A stretch of 64,000 bases of DNA, taken from assembly GCA_910584305.1 (NCBI GenBank), contig CAJTZW010000005.1:37684-101683 (forward strand), in the 5' to 3' direction. The notes below the pieces were generated by a model. That model did no database searches, was not told the DNA's origin, and was given only the letters and a program-made list of their open reading frames with translations. This DNA comes from an uncultured Bacilli bacterium (GTDB lineage: Bacteria > Bacillota_I > Bacilli_A > RF39 > UBA660). This document shows positions 9,292 through 19,439 of this stretch, in pieces (position 1 is the first letter of the stretch; each line of letters starts with the position of its first letter). The translations under genes were made by a program, and so were the position numbers.

Positions 9292-10539
9292 TTATTTTAT
9301 AAAAGCTTGTGGGGCTTCTTTCAGACATAGCAATGACACACATTCAACATGGTGGGTATATGGGAACATATCTACTGGAGTGATTTCCTCTATGTTATAT
9401 ATACCACTTAATTCATTTAAATCCCTTGCAAGTGTTACTGGATCGCATGAAACGTATACAATCCTATCTGCATTTGCGTTTTTTAGGTAATTTATCGTAT
9501 TCTTATCTAATCCTGCTCTTGGTGGATCTACAACTATCTTACTATATATATCTTTCAAACCAAGTACAGCCTTACTACTATCTTTGCAGAGAAAAGATAT
9601 ATTTTTTATATGATTTAATCTTGCATTTTCTTTCGCATTCTGAATAGCCGACTCATTAATTTCTATACCTGTTACACTTTGGCAATACTTGCTTAAGAAT
9701 ATCCCAATTGTACCTGTTCCACAATACAAATCTAAAATATTGTCTTCTTTTTGAGGTGTAATATATTCTAAAATCTTTTTATATAGCAAAATTGCGGTTT
9801 CTGTATTAATTTGAAAGAATGAGTCTTCTGATATTCTAAATACAAAGTCATCCATTTTCTCTAAAATAAAATCAGTCCCATAGATAGTTTTATATTTCTT
9901 ATTTTGGTACAAAATAATAGAGGTGGTTTTATCTTTTAAATTTTGGATAATATTCTGTTCATCTGTTTTCCCATTTATTTTGAGAATTACCATACTATCC
10001 TTTGTATATTTACTTTTTCGGATGACAATTTCATCGATAGAATTTAACTCAATACTACTTTGAATACAATGTAAAATCCTATTTATCTCTGCATCTGCAA
10101 TATTACATTTTTCAATTTCAATAATATCATTACTATGTTTTTTATAATAACCTATTTTTTTATTTGTATGGAATGTTACCTTATTTCGGTAGTTCCAGCA
10201 ATCTTTTGAATATAGAATGTCATTTATTTTTATAGATTTTCCGACAAATTTATTCATTACTTCTTTGACCTTATTTTCTTTAAATTTTAAAGTACTTTCA
10301 TATTTCATATGCAACAAATTGCAACCACCACACTGAAAATAGTACACACAATTTGGTGTACATCTATCCCTACTTAGATTTTCTATCTTTGTAGATTCTG
10401 CTTCTATGAATTTTTTCTTTTCACTTGTGATTTTTATTTCTACTTGTTCTTTTGGAAGGGCATTTGCTACAAACATAATTTTTCCATTTCGAACAATTCC
10501 TCTTCCTTTATGATCTAATTTTTCAATTTGATACATCAT
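9292..10539 (-). CDS. 23S rRNA (uracil-5-)-methyltransferase, RumA/RlmD family (TRAM + Fe-S + SAM-MTase)
   Basis: 415 aa. N-terminal TRAM-like GRGIVRNGKIMFV. Cys cluster C..CVYYFQCGGCNLLHM. SAM motif LDLYCGTGTIG. C-terminal VYVSCDP...VDMFPYTHHVE. Confidence 0.85.
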   Translation of the reverse strand: MMYQIEKLDHKGRGIVRNGKIMFVANALPKEQVEIKITSEKKKFIEAESTKIENLSRDRCTPNCVYYFQCGGCNLLHMKYESTLKFKENKVKEVMNKFVGKSIKINDILYSKDCWNYRNKVTFHTNKKIGYYKKHSNDIIEIEKCNIADAEINRILHCIQSSIELNSIDEIVIRKSKYTKDSMVILKINGKTDEQNIIQNLKDKTTSIILYQNKKYKTIYGTDFILEKMDDFVFRISEDSFFQINTETAILLYKKILEYITPQKEDNILDLYCGTGTIGIFLSKYCQSVTGIEINESAIQNAKENARLNHIKNISFLCKDSSKAVLGLKDIYSKIVVDPPRAGLDKNTINYLKNANADRIVYVSCDPVTLARDLNELSGIYNIEEITPVDMFPYTHHVECVSLLCLKEAPQAFIK

Positions 10540-10638
10540 ACTATCACCAAATTCATTATACTAAATTTTTTAAATAATGGAAATGAATTCATAGTTTCCA
10601 AATTTTTGATAATACTAATATTGAATTGAGGGATATAT

Positions 10639-12105
10639 ATGAAGTTGGATAAAAATATTACCAATATCTTACAAAAAATTGTGAATGATTACGGAAATAG
10701 TAGCGAGATTGTGAAACGTACAATAGAAATTGGTAGAGATAAAATTTCTTATATCTATTTAGAAAGTGTTAGTAGCGATGATAAAATTAGCAATTTCTTT
10801 ATGAAAGATATTAGTGATTATGTAAAGAATAAAAAGAAGTCACTATTTGAAAATTTATTTGATTCACTCGAGAATTCAATTCCAAATAGTCATCTACAAA
10901 TCGTAAAAACCTATGAGGATATATATTATTTTCTATCTTCTGGATATACAGCTATTTTTGTAAATAATGAAGATAGAGGAATTGTCATTGAAACAAAATC
11001 TAGTTTGGATAGAGGGGTTACAGAAGCAAGTAGTGAAGCAGTGGTTCGTGGGCCTAAGGATAGTTTTACTGAGAATAATGCTACCAATTTAGGTCTAATT
11101 CGAAAAAGAATTAAGGATCCAAATTTATGGTTTGATGAAACAGTTGTAGGTAGAAGGTCTAAAACTAAAGTTACGATTGCCTACATTCAGGATGTTGCTG
11201 ACATAGATAGAGTTACTGTGCTTAAACAAAAATTAGAGGCAATTGATGTAGATGGCATCCTTGATAGTGGTTATATACGGGAATTTATTTTAAAGGAGAA
11301 CAAATCTTCTTTCCCACAATTTAAGAGTACTGAAAGGCCTGATCTTGCATGTACTGCATTATTAGATGGAAAGCTTATTATTTTGGTTGAAAACTGCCCA
11401 TTTGTTTTAATCACACCTGGACTACTTATTGATTATTTGCATTCTCCAGAGGACAATTACCAAAAACCAATCAATACAAATTTTACACGATTATTACGTT
11501 TCTTTGCATTTATTATCACAATTGTTACCCCTGGTTTCTACATATCTGTTACTACATTTAACCAACAAATGGTTCCTAATGAGCTTTTAATCTCACTTGC
11601 TCTGCAAAGAGAGGGGGTCCCCTTCCCTACAGCCTTTGAAATCATGATGTTAATTATTACTTTTGAAATTTTAAGGGAAAGTGATATTCGTATTCCGAAT
11701 GCCATGGGAGCTGCTATTAGTATTGTTGGAGCGCTTGTTTTAGGGGATGCGGCTGTTAGTGCTGGAATTATTTCGCCAATCGTTGTCATCATTGTGGCCA
11801 TTACGGCAATTTCTGGCCTTTTATATACAGATATTGATTTTGTAAATGCAGCTAGATTTTGGCGGATCCTATTCATTCTTGCTTCTGTGATTGCAGGCCT
11901 TGTTGGATTTGTTATTATGGGGATTATCTTTATTACGAAATTGTGCAGTCTAGAAACTGGAAATGTCCCTTATCTAACACCAATCGCACCATTCTATGCA
12001 AAAGATCAAATGAACTTCTTATTCCGCAAGTCTAGAGATAAGATGGTATATCGCCCTAAATTTTTATCACCTAAAAACCAAAGAAGACTAGGAGGAAACA
12101 AATGA
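10639..12105 (+). CDS. spore germination receptor subunit A (GerA/GerKA family)
   Basis: 488 aa. Typical GerAA pattern (...AYIQDVADIDRVTVLKQKL..IDVDGILDSGYIREFI...) with a C-terminal multi-TM region. Confidence 0.9.
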   Translation: MKLDKNITNILQKIVNDYGNSSEIVKRTIEIGRDKISYIYLESVSSDDKISNFFMKDISDYVKNKKKSLFENLFDSLENSIPNSHLQIVKTYEDIYYFLSSGYTAIFVNNEDRGIVIETKSSLDRGVTEASSEAVVRGPKDSFTENNATNLGLIRKRIKDPNLWFDETVVGRRSKTKVTIAYIQDVADIDRVTVLKQKLEAIDVDGILDSGYIREFILKENKSSFPQFKSTERPDLACTALLDGKLIILVENCPFVLITPGLLIDYLHSPEDNYQKPINTNFTRLLRFFAFIITIVTPGFYISVTTFNQQMVPNELLISLALQREGVPFPTAFEIMMLIITFEILRESDIRIPNAMGAAISIVGALVLGDAAVSAGIISPIVVIIVAITAISGLLYTDIDFVNAARFWRILFILASVIAGLVGFVIMGIIFITKLCSLETGNVPYLTPIAPFYAKDQMNFLFRKSRDKMVYRPKFLSPKNQRRLGGNK

Positions 12106-13268
12106 AATATAAATGGATATTGCTAATTCCTTTTTTATTTATCATAACTGGTTGTTGGAATTATAGGGAATTAAATCAACTTGCAATCACAACTGCCATG
12201 GCAATTGATTTAACAGACGATGGAGAGGAATATCGTGTCAGCATTTTAATCGCGAATGGTAAAAATAATCAAACAAATAATCGTGAAGGACAGAGTCAAA
12301 CTGTTGTATATTCTGGGCAGGGTAAAACCATTTCTCGTGCTTTTAAAGAGATTAACTTACAGATTCCAAAAATTCCTTATATTGGGCATTTGGGAGTAGT
12401 TGTAATATCGGAAGATGTTGCGAATAAAGGAATGAGAGGAATTCTCGATTACTTATTAAGAAATCCTGAATCGGTAAAACGTTTTTATCTTATTTTAGCG
12501 AAAGACGATTCCGCAGAAGATGTCATCAAGGTTCTTTCCCCACTCGAAACGTTCCCTGGGCAAAATATTACAACAAATATTGCCATTTCTAACGAGCAGG
12601 AGGCCATTTCAACTGCGATTACATATAGTAAGTTTGTAGAAAATCTACTCAAGGACGGAAAAGACCCTAGTTTACCAACAATTACCATCAGTGGGAAGCC
12701 TGATAAAGGGAGTAGTGACAAGAATCTAGAGACTGCAGATATTAAAACAAATACAGTACTGGGACCCATTGCCCTATTTAAGGGAGACAAATTAGTACAT
12801 TTTGCTACAAAGGATGAAAGTCGGGGAATGAACATTATAACTAAGCAAATTGATGAAATGATTGTAGATTATACATGTGATGAGGGAAATATTGTAGTCA
12901 ACTTAACCAATATGTCCTCTGATATCAATGTGGATCTTAAAAACGACAAAATTAAGTCCTCTATTTCCGTTAAGGCAGAGGGTGCTATTCAAGAGATTAC
13001 ATGTGATAAAAATATTCAAGAGAATGATGTTATTTTAGAGATTGAAAATAGGGTTGAACAAGAGGTCCGAAAAAAAATGGAAAAAGCTGTAAAAACAACC
13101 CAAGAATATCAATCTGATATTTTTGGAATTGGAAATTTAATTTATAAAAAATATCCTACTTATTTTCGAAAAATTAAAGATTGGCATGACATATACCCAT
13201 CTGTTTCCTTTGATTATCATGTGGATATACAATTAAGTACAAAAGGCTCTGTAGAGAAAACTATATAG
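12102..13268 (+). CDS. spore germination receptor subunit C lipoprotein (Ger(x)C family)
   Basis: 388 aa. Lipobox FIITGCWNYRELNQLAI is typical of GerAC/KC. 4-nt overlap with the A-subunit gene. Confidence 0.85.
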   Translation: MKYKWILLIPFLFIITGCWNYRELNQLAITTAMAIDLTDDGEEYRVSILIANGKNNQTNNREGQSQTVVYSGQGKTISRAFKEINLQIPKIPYIGHLGVVVISEDVANKGMRGILDYLLRNPESVKRFYLILAKDDSAEDVIKVLSPLETFPGQNITTNIAISNEQEAISTAITYSKFVENLLKDGKDPSLPTITISGKPDKGSSDKNLETADIKTNTVLGPIALFKGDKLVHFATKDESRGMNIITKQIDEMIVDYTCDEGNIVVNLTNMSSDINVDLKNDKIKSSISVKAEGAIQEITCDKNIQENDVILEIENRVEQEVRKKMEKAVKTTQEYQSDIFGIGNLIYKKYPTYFRKIKDWHDIYPSVSFDYHVDIQLSTKGSVEKTI

Positions 13269-13279
13269 GAGGAATTATT

Positions 13280-14386
13280 ATGAGAGACAAATTAATTGGA
13301 AAATTGCGTTGTTTTCAAGCTTCTTTGCTAGTCTTCTTTATCATACATGGAGGAATTTTTGGAACAGGGCTTAATCTACTTATTAAAATTGCAGAGGAAG
13401 ATGCTTGGATTGCGACATTTATTGCAATCATCCTAGGTTTTATTCCATTCTATATATTTATATCGTTCTCAACAATGTATCCAGAGAAAAATATTTTTGA
13501 AATCATTGAAACCACATTTGGAAAGAGATTTGGTAAAGTGATCATATCTATTATCACTTTATTTGCTATTTCTTTTGTTTTACTTTATTTTTGGAACCTT
13601 ACAAATTTAATCAGTTCTCAATATCTGTACAAAACTCCTCAACTATTCGTTTATATCATCTTTGCAATTCCTATAGTCTATATACTATCAAAGGGGATTC
13701 GTATTTTTCTTAGAAGTAGTATTATTATATTTTTTATTACTGTACTATTATATTTTGTTATATTAATTAGTTTGGCTCCACAGGCACATTTGGTGAACCT
13801 ATACCCAATTTTAAAAAATGGAATTCCCCCTGTTTTTCAAGCTGCTTTTGGACTCATTGCATATTGTATTTCACCACTCTTCTTTTTAGGTGCTATACCT
13901 ATACACTATTATGAGGATAAAGAAAATTATAAAAAGTATATGATTATCTCCTATATTATCACTAGCATTTCTGTTTTCATTATCCCTTTCTTAATTGTTA
14001 GTATTTTTGGAATTGAACTTGCCTCTTTATACCAATATCCAGAGTTCCAAATACTACGTCGTGTATCCATTGGTGGATTCATTGAGAGAGTTGAAAGTAG
14101 CTTGTCCGTTCACTGGATTTTTGAATTACTTATACTTATTACTATGGGTATGTATTTTATCAAGCAAGGATTTTACCATATTTTTCATATCAAGAAAAAT
14201 TGGTTAAAACTTAGTATGAATGGCCTATTTTTAATCGTTTCTATCATCTGTAGCCTAAACTTTTTTAGAAACAATACTATTGTAAATCAATTCTCTGTTA
14301 AAATATATCCTTTTATATGTTATGTATTTTTAATCTTATCCGCATTACTCTATGGGATTAGTTATATTAAAAAGAAACGGCATTAA
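13280..14386 (+). CDS. spore germination receptor subunit B (GerAB/KB-type APC-like permease)
   Basis: 368 aa, about 10 TM segments, GGAGG RBS. Third gene of the A-C-B operon. Confidence 0.85.
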   Translation: MRDKLIGKLRCFQASLLVFFIIHGGIFGTGLNLLIKIAEEDAWIATFIAIILGFIPFYIFISFSTMYPEKNIFEIIETTFGKRFGKVIISIITLFAISFVLLYFWNLTNLISSQYLYKTPQLFVYIIFAIPIVYILSKGIRIFLRSSIIIFFITVLLYFVILISLAPQAHLVNLYPILKNGIPPVFQAAFGLIAYCISPLFFLGAIPIHYYEDKENYKKYMIISYIITSISVFIIPFLIVSIFGIELASLYQYPEFQILRRVSIGGFIERVESSLSVHWIFELLILITMGMYFIKQGFYHIFHIKKNWLKLSMNGLFLIVSIICSLNFFRNNTIVNQFSVKIYPFICYVFLILSALLYGISYIKKKRH

Positions 14387-14395
14387 CCGTTTTTT

Positions 14396-15196
14396 CTATT
14401 TTATTAACATATATACAAGTACAACAATTCCCACCGTAATCGATAATAAAGCCAGTCCCAATGTTACCTTTTTTAACCAGTTTGTTTTTGATGTTTTGCT
14501 TGTAATTTTATTTACTTCTTCAAAATCTTCCTCTCCGAAATTCAAACTAGAGGTAAAGAATGATTTATCTAACTCTACTTTCTTTGCCTTTTCTTGTTTC
14601 TTTAATTCTTCCTCTTTTGCTTGTTCTAATAATTGTTGAATCGCACCTTTATTACTAATCATCGTAGTATTATTTGATTTCAAATCATCTAACAAATCTA
14701 AGCTCAAATCATTATCGTTTAACTTATTTAGCATACTTGTATTTGTCATAGTTTGATCTAGCTCTGACTCTGGCTTCTGTTCTCTATCAGCATTTACCTT
14801 TAATGATTTTAAAATATTATAATTTGTATCACCTAGACTCCTATATTGATTTTTAGGTTCTGTTTTTTCCTGTTTTGCTTTCTTTAAAATATCGCTAATA
14901 TCATACACTCTATTCTCATCTTCAAAATTATTTGATGTTTCAATATGTTGGACTTTAGGTTCCTCCTTATGAATGATTGATCTTAAATCCTTTTGCCTTT
15001 GATAATCTTCTCTATTCTTTAGCATTTTCTTTATTTTTGTAATATCAATTTCATTTGCTTTGTCAATAGTAGCAATTCCTTCTATATTGCTATACTCACT
15101 CGTATCATAAATTTTGCGGTACAATTCTTGATTGGCCTGCGTCCTACGCTTTGTGTTAGATTCTGGTTTATAATATCGTTCCATTCTGCTTGCCAT
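14396..15196 (-). CDS. tail-anchored membrane protein, highly charged cytoplasmic region, unknown function
   Basis: Track ORF starts at GTG 15205. ATG at 15196 (MASRMERYY...) has better spacing from the GAGGTG RBS. Single C-terminal TM LGLALLSITVGIVVLVYMLI. Confidence 0.55.
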   Translation of the reverse strand: MASRMERYYKPESNTKRRTQANQELYRKIYDTSEYSNIEGIATIDKANEIDITKIKKMLKNREDYQRQKDLRSIIHKEEPKVQHIETSNNFEDENRVYDISDILKKAKQEKTEPKNQYRSLGDTNYNILKSLKVNADREQKPESELDQTMTNTSMLNKLNDNDLSLDLLDDLKSNNTTMISNKGAIQQLLEQAKEEELKKQEKAKKVELDKSFFTSSLNFGEEDFEEVNKITSKTSKTNWLKKVTLGLALLSITVGIVVLVYMLIK

Positions 15197-15299
15197 ATCT
15201 TTCACCTCATTATAGTAATGATATCATATTTGTACTGTTTTTTAAACTATTTACTTGCATTTCATCATAATTTTTTCTATAATGTCTACGGAGGTATAT

Positions 15300-15521
15300 A
15301 TGAAAGTTAAAGTAAATCAAGAAGCTTGCATCGGGTGTGGTGCTTGTCAAGCAATCGCTCCTTCTGTTTTTGAATTCAACGACGAAGGTTTTGCAGAAAC
15401 AAAAGAGGAAAATAATGTAGTAGATACCATGGACGAAGAGTTAAAAGAAGATGTTATGGATGCTTTAGAGGGATGTCCTACTGGTGCGATTGTTGAAGTT
15501 GAAGAAGAAGCTGCTGCTTAA
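15300..15521 (+). CDS. small 4Fe-4S ferredoxin
   Basis: ATG at 15300 behind a GGAGG RBS. MKVKVNQEACIGCGACQAIAP...LEGCPTGAI carries the CxxCxxC...CP cluster motif and an acidic tail. Confidence 0.85.
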   Translation: MKVKVNQEACIGCGACQAIAPSVFEFNDEGFAETKEENNVVDTMDEELKEDVMDALEGCPTGAIVEVEEEAAA

Positions 15522-15535
15522 TTTATTCGTTTATT

Positions 15536-15568
15536 AAAAAAATTCATTTAAATTAATGAATTTTTTTG
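15536..15568. terminator. bidirectional rho-independent terminator between ferredoxin (+) and rluB (-)
   Basis: aaaaaaattcatt-taaatt-aatgaattttttt: stem aattcatt/aatgaatt, extended by A/T runs on both sides. Confidence 0.6.
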
Positions 15569-15586
15569 TTATACCGACAATTACTA

Positions 15587-16309
15587 TTAATAATTATTCT
15601 CCCCATAAAGTTTTTTAACTTCCTTTATAGACAAATACCTGTATTCCCCAGATTTTAACCCTTTTACATCTAAGAATGCTACCTTTTCCCTTTTTAATTT
15701 TAATACATCATACCCAATAGCTTGAAACATTTTCCTTACCTGATGATTTTTTCCCTCATGAATAGTAAGTTCTACAATAGAAGTATTGCTCTTCTTATCA
15801 TATTTTTGAATTCTAGCTTTTGCTTTTGATGTTCTCCTGCCATCGATATACACTCCATTCGATAGGGATAATAATTGCTCTTTTCCGATTAACCCTCTTA
15901 CCTTTGCAATATATACTTTCTCTACTTTATTTTTTGGATGTGTTAATAGATTTGCTAACTCGCCATCATTCGTAAGTATCAAAGCCCCTGTTGTGTCATA
16001 GTCTAATCTTCCCACCGGATAAATACGTTTTTCTGTATGAATTAACTCTACTACCGTCTTTCTTCCTTTATCATCACTTGTTGTTGTAACAACACCTCTT
16101 GGCTTGTTTAATAAATAGTATACTTTACTATTTTCTTTTTCATTTATCACTGTACCTTCTACTTCTACTAAATCTGAAGAAGAGACTTTTGTCCCAAGTT
16201 CATATACTGTGTTTCCATTTACCTTTACCTTACCAGAAATAATTAATTCTTCTGCTTTTCTTCTTGATGTATATCCACTATTTGCAATCACTTTTTGTAG
16301 TCTTTCCAC
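15587..16309 (-). CDS. rluB: 23S rRNA pseudouridine synthase, RluB/RsuA family (S4 domain + PUS core)
   Basis: 240 aa. MERLQKVIANSGYTSRRKAEELI (S4). LNKPRGVVTT. GRLDYDTTGALILTNDGELA catalytic Asp motif. Confidence 0.85.
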   Translation of the reverse strand: MERLQKVIANSGYTSRRKAEELIISGKVKVNGNTVYELGTKVSSSDLVEVEGTVINEKENSKVYYLLNKPRGVVTTTSDDKGRKTVVELIHTEKRIYPVGRLDYDTTGALILTNDGELANLLTHPKNKVEKVYIAKVRGLIGKEQLLSLSNGVYIDGRRTSKAKARIQKYDKKSNTSIVELTIHEGKNHQVRKMFQAIGYDVLKLKREKVAFLDVKGLKSGEYRYLSIKEVKKLYGENNY

Positions 16310-16482
16310 ATAATCACCAAGTCTATTATATCATAAAGAAGTTCAATTTCATAGATATCATAAATTAAGGAAATATAAGAAGTTACTGAATTTTTTAGAT
16401 AAGTTTAGTAGGTTAAATTAGAGTTTGTCAGTAACAAGATAGTAACAAATTATTGCTTCTGAAGCTCTTATATTATTAAAAT

Positions 16483-16508
16483 AAAGGAAACTATTCATAA
16501 TTTCCTTT
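16483..16508 (-). terminator. hairpin at the end of the dinJ-yafQ operon
   Basis: aaaggaaa-N10-tttccttt overlaps the yafQ stop codon. On the minus strand it is followed by an ATTTTAATAAT U-rich tract. Confidence 0.4.
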
Positions 16509-16794
16509 AAAATAAGTCACTATGTGAACCAGTTGCAACTAATAACAAAATAAGTTCATCATTATTAATTCTATATACAAGTAACCAATCAGGTTCAATA
16601 TGACATTTCCTACAATCTTTGAATCTTTTATTATCATTTAGTTTATGATCTTTATATTGTGATTCTAAAGTATTTCCACAAGCAAGTTGCTCTACAATGG
16701 TTTTAATCTTATTAAGATTCTTACCTTGTTTCTTTATTTTCTTATATTCTTTTTTAAAGTCACTTGTATAATCTACTCTATACTTGTATATCAT
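16507..16794 (-). CDS. yafQ: type II toxin, YafQ/RelE family mRNA interferase
   Basis: 95 aa. ...YKDHKLNDNKRFKDCRKCHIEPDWLLVYRINNDELILLLVATGSHSDLF is the typical YafQ C-terminus. 4-nt overlap with the antitoxin gene. Confidence 0.8.
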   Translation of the reverse strand: MIYKYRVDYTSDFKKEYKKIKKQGKNLNKIKTIVEQLACGNTLESQYKDHKLNDNKRFKDCRKCHIEPDWLLVYRINNDELILLLVATGSHSDLF

Positions 16795-17066
16795 TGATCT
16801 AATGCCCTAAATAAACTATCAGTATCAGTATAGCCTTGTCTTTTCCCCTCTTTTAATTCTTGCATAATAACATCTGATTCTTCTAATGCTTTTATAAGTT
16901 TTTGATTTGGTACATCTAATGCTGGTGTAAAAGGTAATCCTTGCATCCTTATACTTTGCTTTATGAACATATTAATTGCCGAATTGGTTGTAATTCCCAA
17001 TTTTTTGAAAAGATTATCTGCCTCATTTTTATCATCATCTGATAGTCTTATACTCATTGTGGCCAT
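16791..17066 (-). CDS. dinJ: type II antitoxin, RelB/DinJ family
   Basis: 91 aa. MATMSIRLSDDDKNEADNLFKKLGITTNSAINMFIKQSI is the ribbon-helix-helix DinJ pattern. Confidence 0.8.
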   Translation of the reverse strand: MATMSIRLSDDDKNEADNLFKKLGITTNSAINMFIKQSIRMQGLPFTPALDVPNQKLIKALEESDVIMQELKEGKRQGYTDTDSLFRALDQ

Positions 17067-17198
17067 ATAGTATCACTCCATTTCTAAAATAACCTTATCA
17101 CAAAAGTATATCATTTGCAATACTTTTGATATAATTATTATATGTATTTATTAAAAATTAATACATTTAAAAAGACTACTTTTTAATAATATAGCCTT

Positions 17199-17438
17199 TC
17201 AATAAAATTTGATTAAAGATTTTATGCTATTTAATATATTCCTTAAAGCAATTATTTCTTCTTTATCAAGTGCAAGACCTTTTAACATCTTATCGCAGGA
17301 TTGATTCCATCTTCTCAAAGCAAATTCATCTTCTTTTTCTCTGTAACTAATCAAATTTAATTCTAAAGTGAATTTCTCATCACTTTTTTCACTTACTATT
17401 CCAAAAGTTTTCTTTATATCGTAATTAAATCCATCCAT
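17199..17438 (-). CDS. YdbC/PC4-like small ssDNA-binding protein (tentative)
   Basis: 79 aa. ...FGIVSEKSDEKFTLELNLISYREKEDEFALRRWNQSCDKMLKGLALDKEEIIALRNIL resembles bacterial PC4-like YdbC proteins, from memory. Confidence 0.45.
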   Translation of the reverse strand: MDGFNYDIKKTFGIVSEKSDEKFTLELNLISYREKEDEFALRRWNQSCDKMLKGLALDKEEIIALRNILNSIKSLIKFY

Positions 17439-17469
17439 TTCAATTCACCTTATTTCTTTATTAAAACAA

Positions 17470-17766
17470 GTGCCACATAGAAAACACACCATAGAAGAAA
17501 TATATAACTTGGCAAATGTTAACAGTCCTATGTCCGAATTTGATTTATTTATAAGAAATTTTAGGGGTCTATCTAACAGCTATTTACAGGAATATGTTAA
17601 TTGGTTTATATTTAGAAAAAAGTTAAAATATGTTGTAGAATATTTAAGGAAAAATCAAATGATTTATAACTATCTAATTTGTCATATTTCAAACCTAAAA
17701 TCAAGATCTGTTTATAATATTTCTATGCTATTTGATGTTAATTACTTATATCATAAATTTCACTAA
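17470..17766 (+). pseudogene. C-terminal fragment of an IS1595-type (ISXO2-like) transposase (tentative)
   Basis: 98 aa with a GTG start. ...FDLFIRNFRGLSNSYLQEYVNWFIFRKK resembles the C-terminal tail of IS1595-family transposases. Far too short to be intact, and no terminal repeats seen. Confidence 0.35.
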
Positions 17767-17784
17767 AAAATAAGCAACTAGTGC

Positions 17785-18222
17785 TTATTTACAAGTGTAC
17801 CCTTCATCTTCCAAAGATTTTCTCAACTCATTGTATGTTTCAGTCTCTCCAGCTAAATCTAGTTCCTCTTTTGCTTCATCATCCATTTTATCAATATCAG
17901 CAACTAAATTGAAACTTACAACATTGTCTTTTGTAGAGGATTTGATAGTTACACCTTCTTTTCCTTCCACAGAAGAATAACTAGATTTAAAATTATCTTC
18001 TATTTCAGAAGCATATTCCTTTAATTCGTCATCAATTGTGATTTTCATTGTCATATCTAGTTTTTTTGCAACATCATTTTTAAATGTTACCTTTACATCT
18101 TGTGTCATTTCCATTCCTGTTGATTCATCACTCATTGTACAACTAAGTTCTTTGGTATTTCCACAACCAGTTGTGAATAATAAAGCTAAAATTGGTACAC
18201 TCAACATTAAAATCTTTTTCAT
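17785..18222 (-). CDS. lipoprotein, unknown function
   Basis: 145 aa. Lipobox ALLFTTGCGN. Acidic mature domain. Confidence 0.7.
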   Translation of the reverse strand: MKKILMLSVPILALLFTTGCGNTKELSCTMSDESTGMEMTQDVKVTFKNDVAKKLDMTMKITIDDELKEYASEIEDNFKSSYSSVEGKEGVTIKSSTKDNVVSFNLVADIDKMDDEAKEELDLAGETETYNELRKSLEDEGYTCK

Positions 18223-18339
18223 ATTTTTCCTCCTGTATTTAGGATATCATAAATCGACATTTTATGCAATTGTTATGTGAAAATTATGTGAAAATCCAGA
18301 TTTTCAATTTTTCGCCTATCTATAATTTCCTTTCATCTT

Positions 18340-18867
18340 TTATCCAAACATATAATTTACAATTATGATCGCCGAGATAATTCCTATAATATCTGCGGCG
18401 AGTCCTGCCCACAAAGAATATCTTATTTTCTTTATTCCAATACTTCCAAAGTATAATGTTAATATGTAGAATGTAGTATCTGTAGATCCTTGTATGACTG
18501 AGGCTAGTCTACCTACAAAACTATCTGGTCCATAGGTTTCTAATATTGTATTTAAGATTGCTAATGAAGAAGAACCAGAAATTGGTCTCATTATTGCCAT
18601 AGGAAGAATTTCTAGTGGAATATGAAATATGTTCAAAATATTCTGGAAAAAGCTAAATATATATTCTAATACACCACTTTTAATGAATATATTCACCCCA
18701 AAAATCATAGCTAACATGCAGGGAAACATTGTTAATACCATATCATAACTTTCTTTTGATCCTTCTACAAAAACGTCATATATATTAATTTTTTTTATAA
18801 AAGCATAACCAATAATACCTAAAACCATCATAGGAATTACTAAACTTGATATATTTTGCATATTCAC
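18340..18867 (-). CDS. spmB: spore maturation protein B
   Basis: 175 aa polytopic nucleoside-recognition-type membrane protein. Third gene after dacB-spmA, as in Bacillus subtilis. Confidence 0.85.
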   Translation of the reverse strand: MNMQNISSLVIPMMVLGIIGYAFIKKINIYDVFVEGSKESYDMVLTMFPCMLAMIFGVNIFIKSGVLEYIFSFFQNILNIFHIPLEILPMAIMRPISGSSSLAILNTILETYGPDSFVGRLASVIQGSTDTTFYILTLYFGSIGIKKIRYSLWAGLAADIIGIISAIIIVNYMFG

Positions 18868-19439
18868 CTTCTTTTCGCCAGAATTCTATCTATGATGAGT
18901 CCTCCGCATGTTGATAGGATTGTTGCTAGTATACAGGCAGCTACAATTTCTGTTGGGTTTGCACTACCATACATCATCCGAAGAGAAATAATTGTTGTAG
19001 GAATAATAGTAACACCACTTGTATTTAAGACTAGAAATGTAATCATACTTCTAGAAGCGGTATCTTTTTTAGGGTTGATTTCTTGTAACGATTTCATGGC
19101 TTTTAGACCAAAGGGAGTGGCTGCATTTCCTAAACCAAACATATTAGCAACAACATTGGATGCAATTAAACTTAATGATTCATGGGATTTAGGAACCTCT
19201 GGAAATAATTTTCCTAGTATAGGGGATAATAAATTGGAGAACTTTTGTAATAATCCAGATTCTTTAGCAATATTCATGATTCCCATCCAGAGGGCCATTA
19301 CTGGGAAAATTTTTACGACCATATCTAAACTACTTTTGGCACTTCCTAGAATTTCTTCATTTAATATGTCTGTCTTTCCAGTACATAGGCAAAAGATAAT
19401 GCCCACGATAATGAAAAATCCCCAAATTTTATGAATCAT
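18864..19439 (-). CDS. spmA: spore maturation protein A
   Basis: 191 aa. MIHKIWGFFIIVGII...LWMGIMNIAKESGL... is typical of SpmA. Overlaps both dacB and spmB. Confidence 0.85.
   Translation of the reverse strand: MIHKIWGFFIIVGIIFCLCTGKTDILNEEILGSAKSSLDMVVKIFPVMALWMGIMNIAKESGLLQKFSNLLSPILGKLFPEVPKSHESLSLIASNVVANMFGLGNAATPFGLKAMKSLQEINPKKDTASRSMITFLVLNTSGVTIIPTTIISLRMMYGSANPTEIVAACILATILSTCGGLIIDRILAKRR

Noticed and set aside
10584-10614. Possible forespore sigma-G type promoter upstream of the ger operon (TGAATT-N18-GATAATA)
   Set aside because: The match to the consensus as I remember it is only approximate, and the -10 first base is wrong. It is too weak to report as a feature without a matrix scan or transcript data.
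11538-12835. Minus-strand ORFs 11538..11876 and 12485..12835 inside the ger operon
   Set aside because: They are antisense to well-supported GerA and GerC family genes. They have no RBS and no recognisable features.
18856-19434. 192-aa + strand ORF
   Set aside because: It is exactly antisense to spmA, which has clear family features and operon context. The antisense product is low-complexity and has no RBS.
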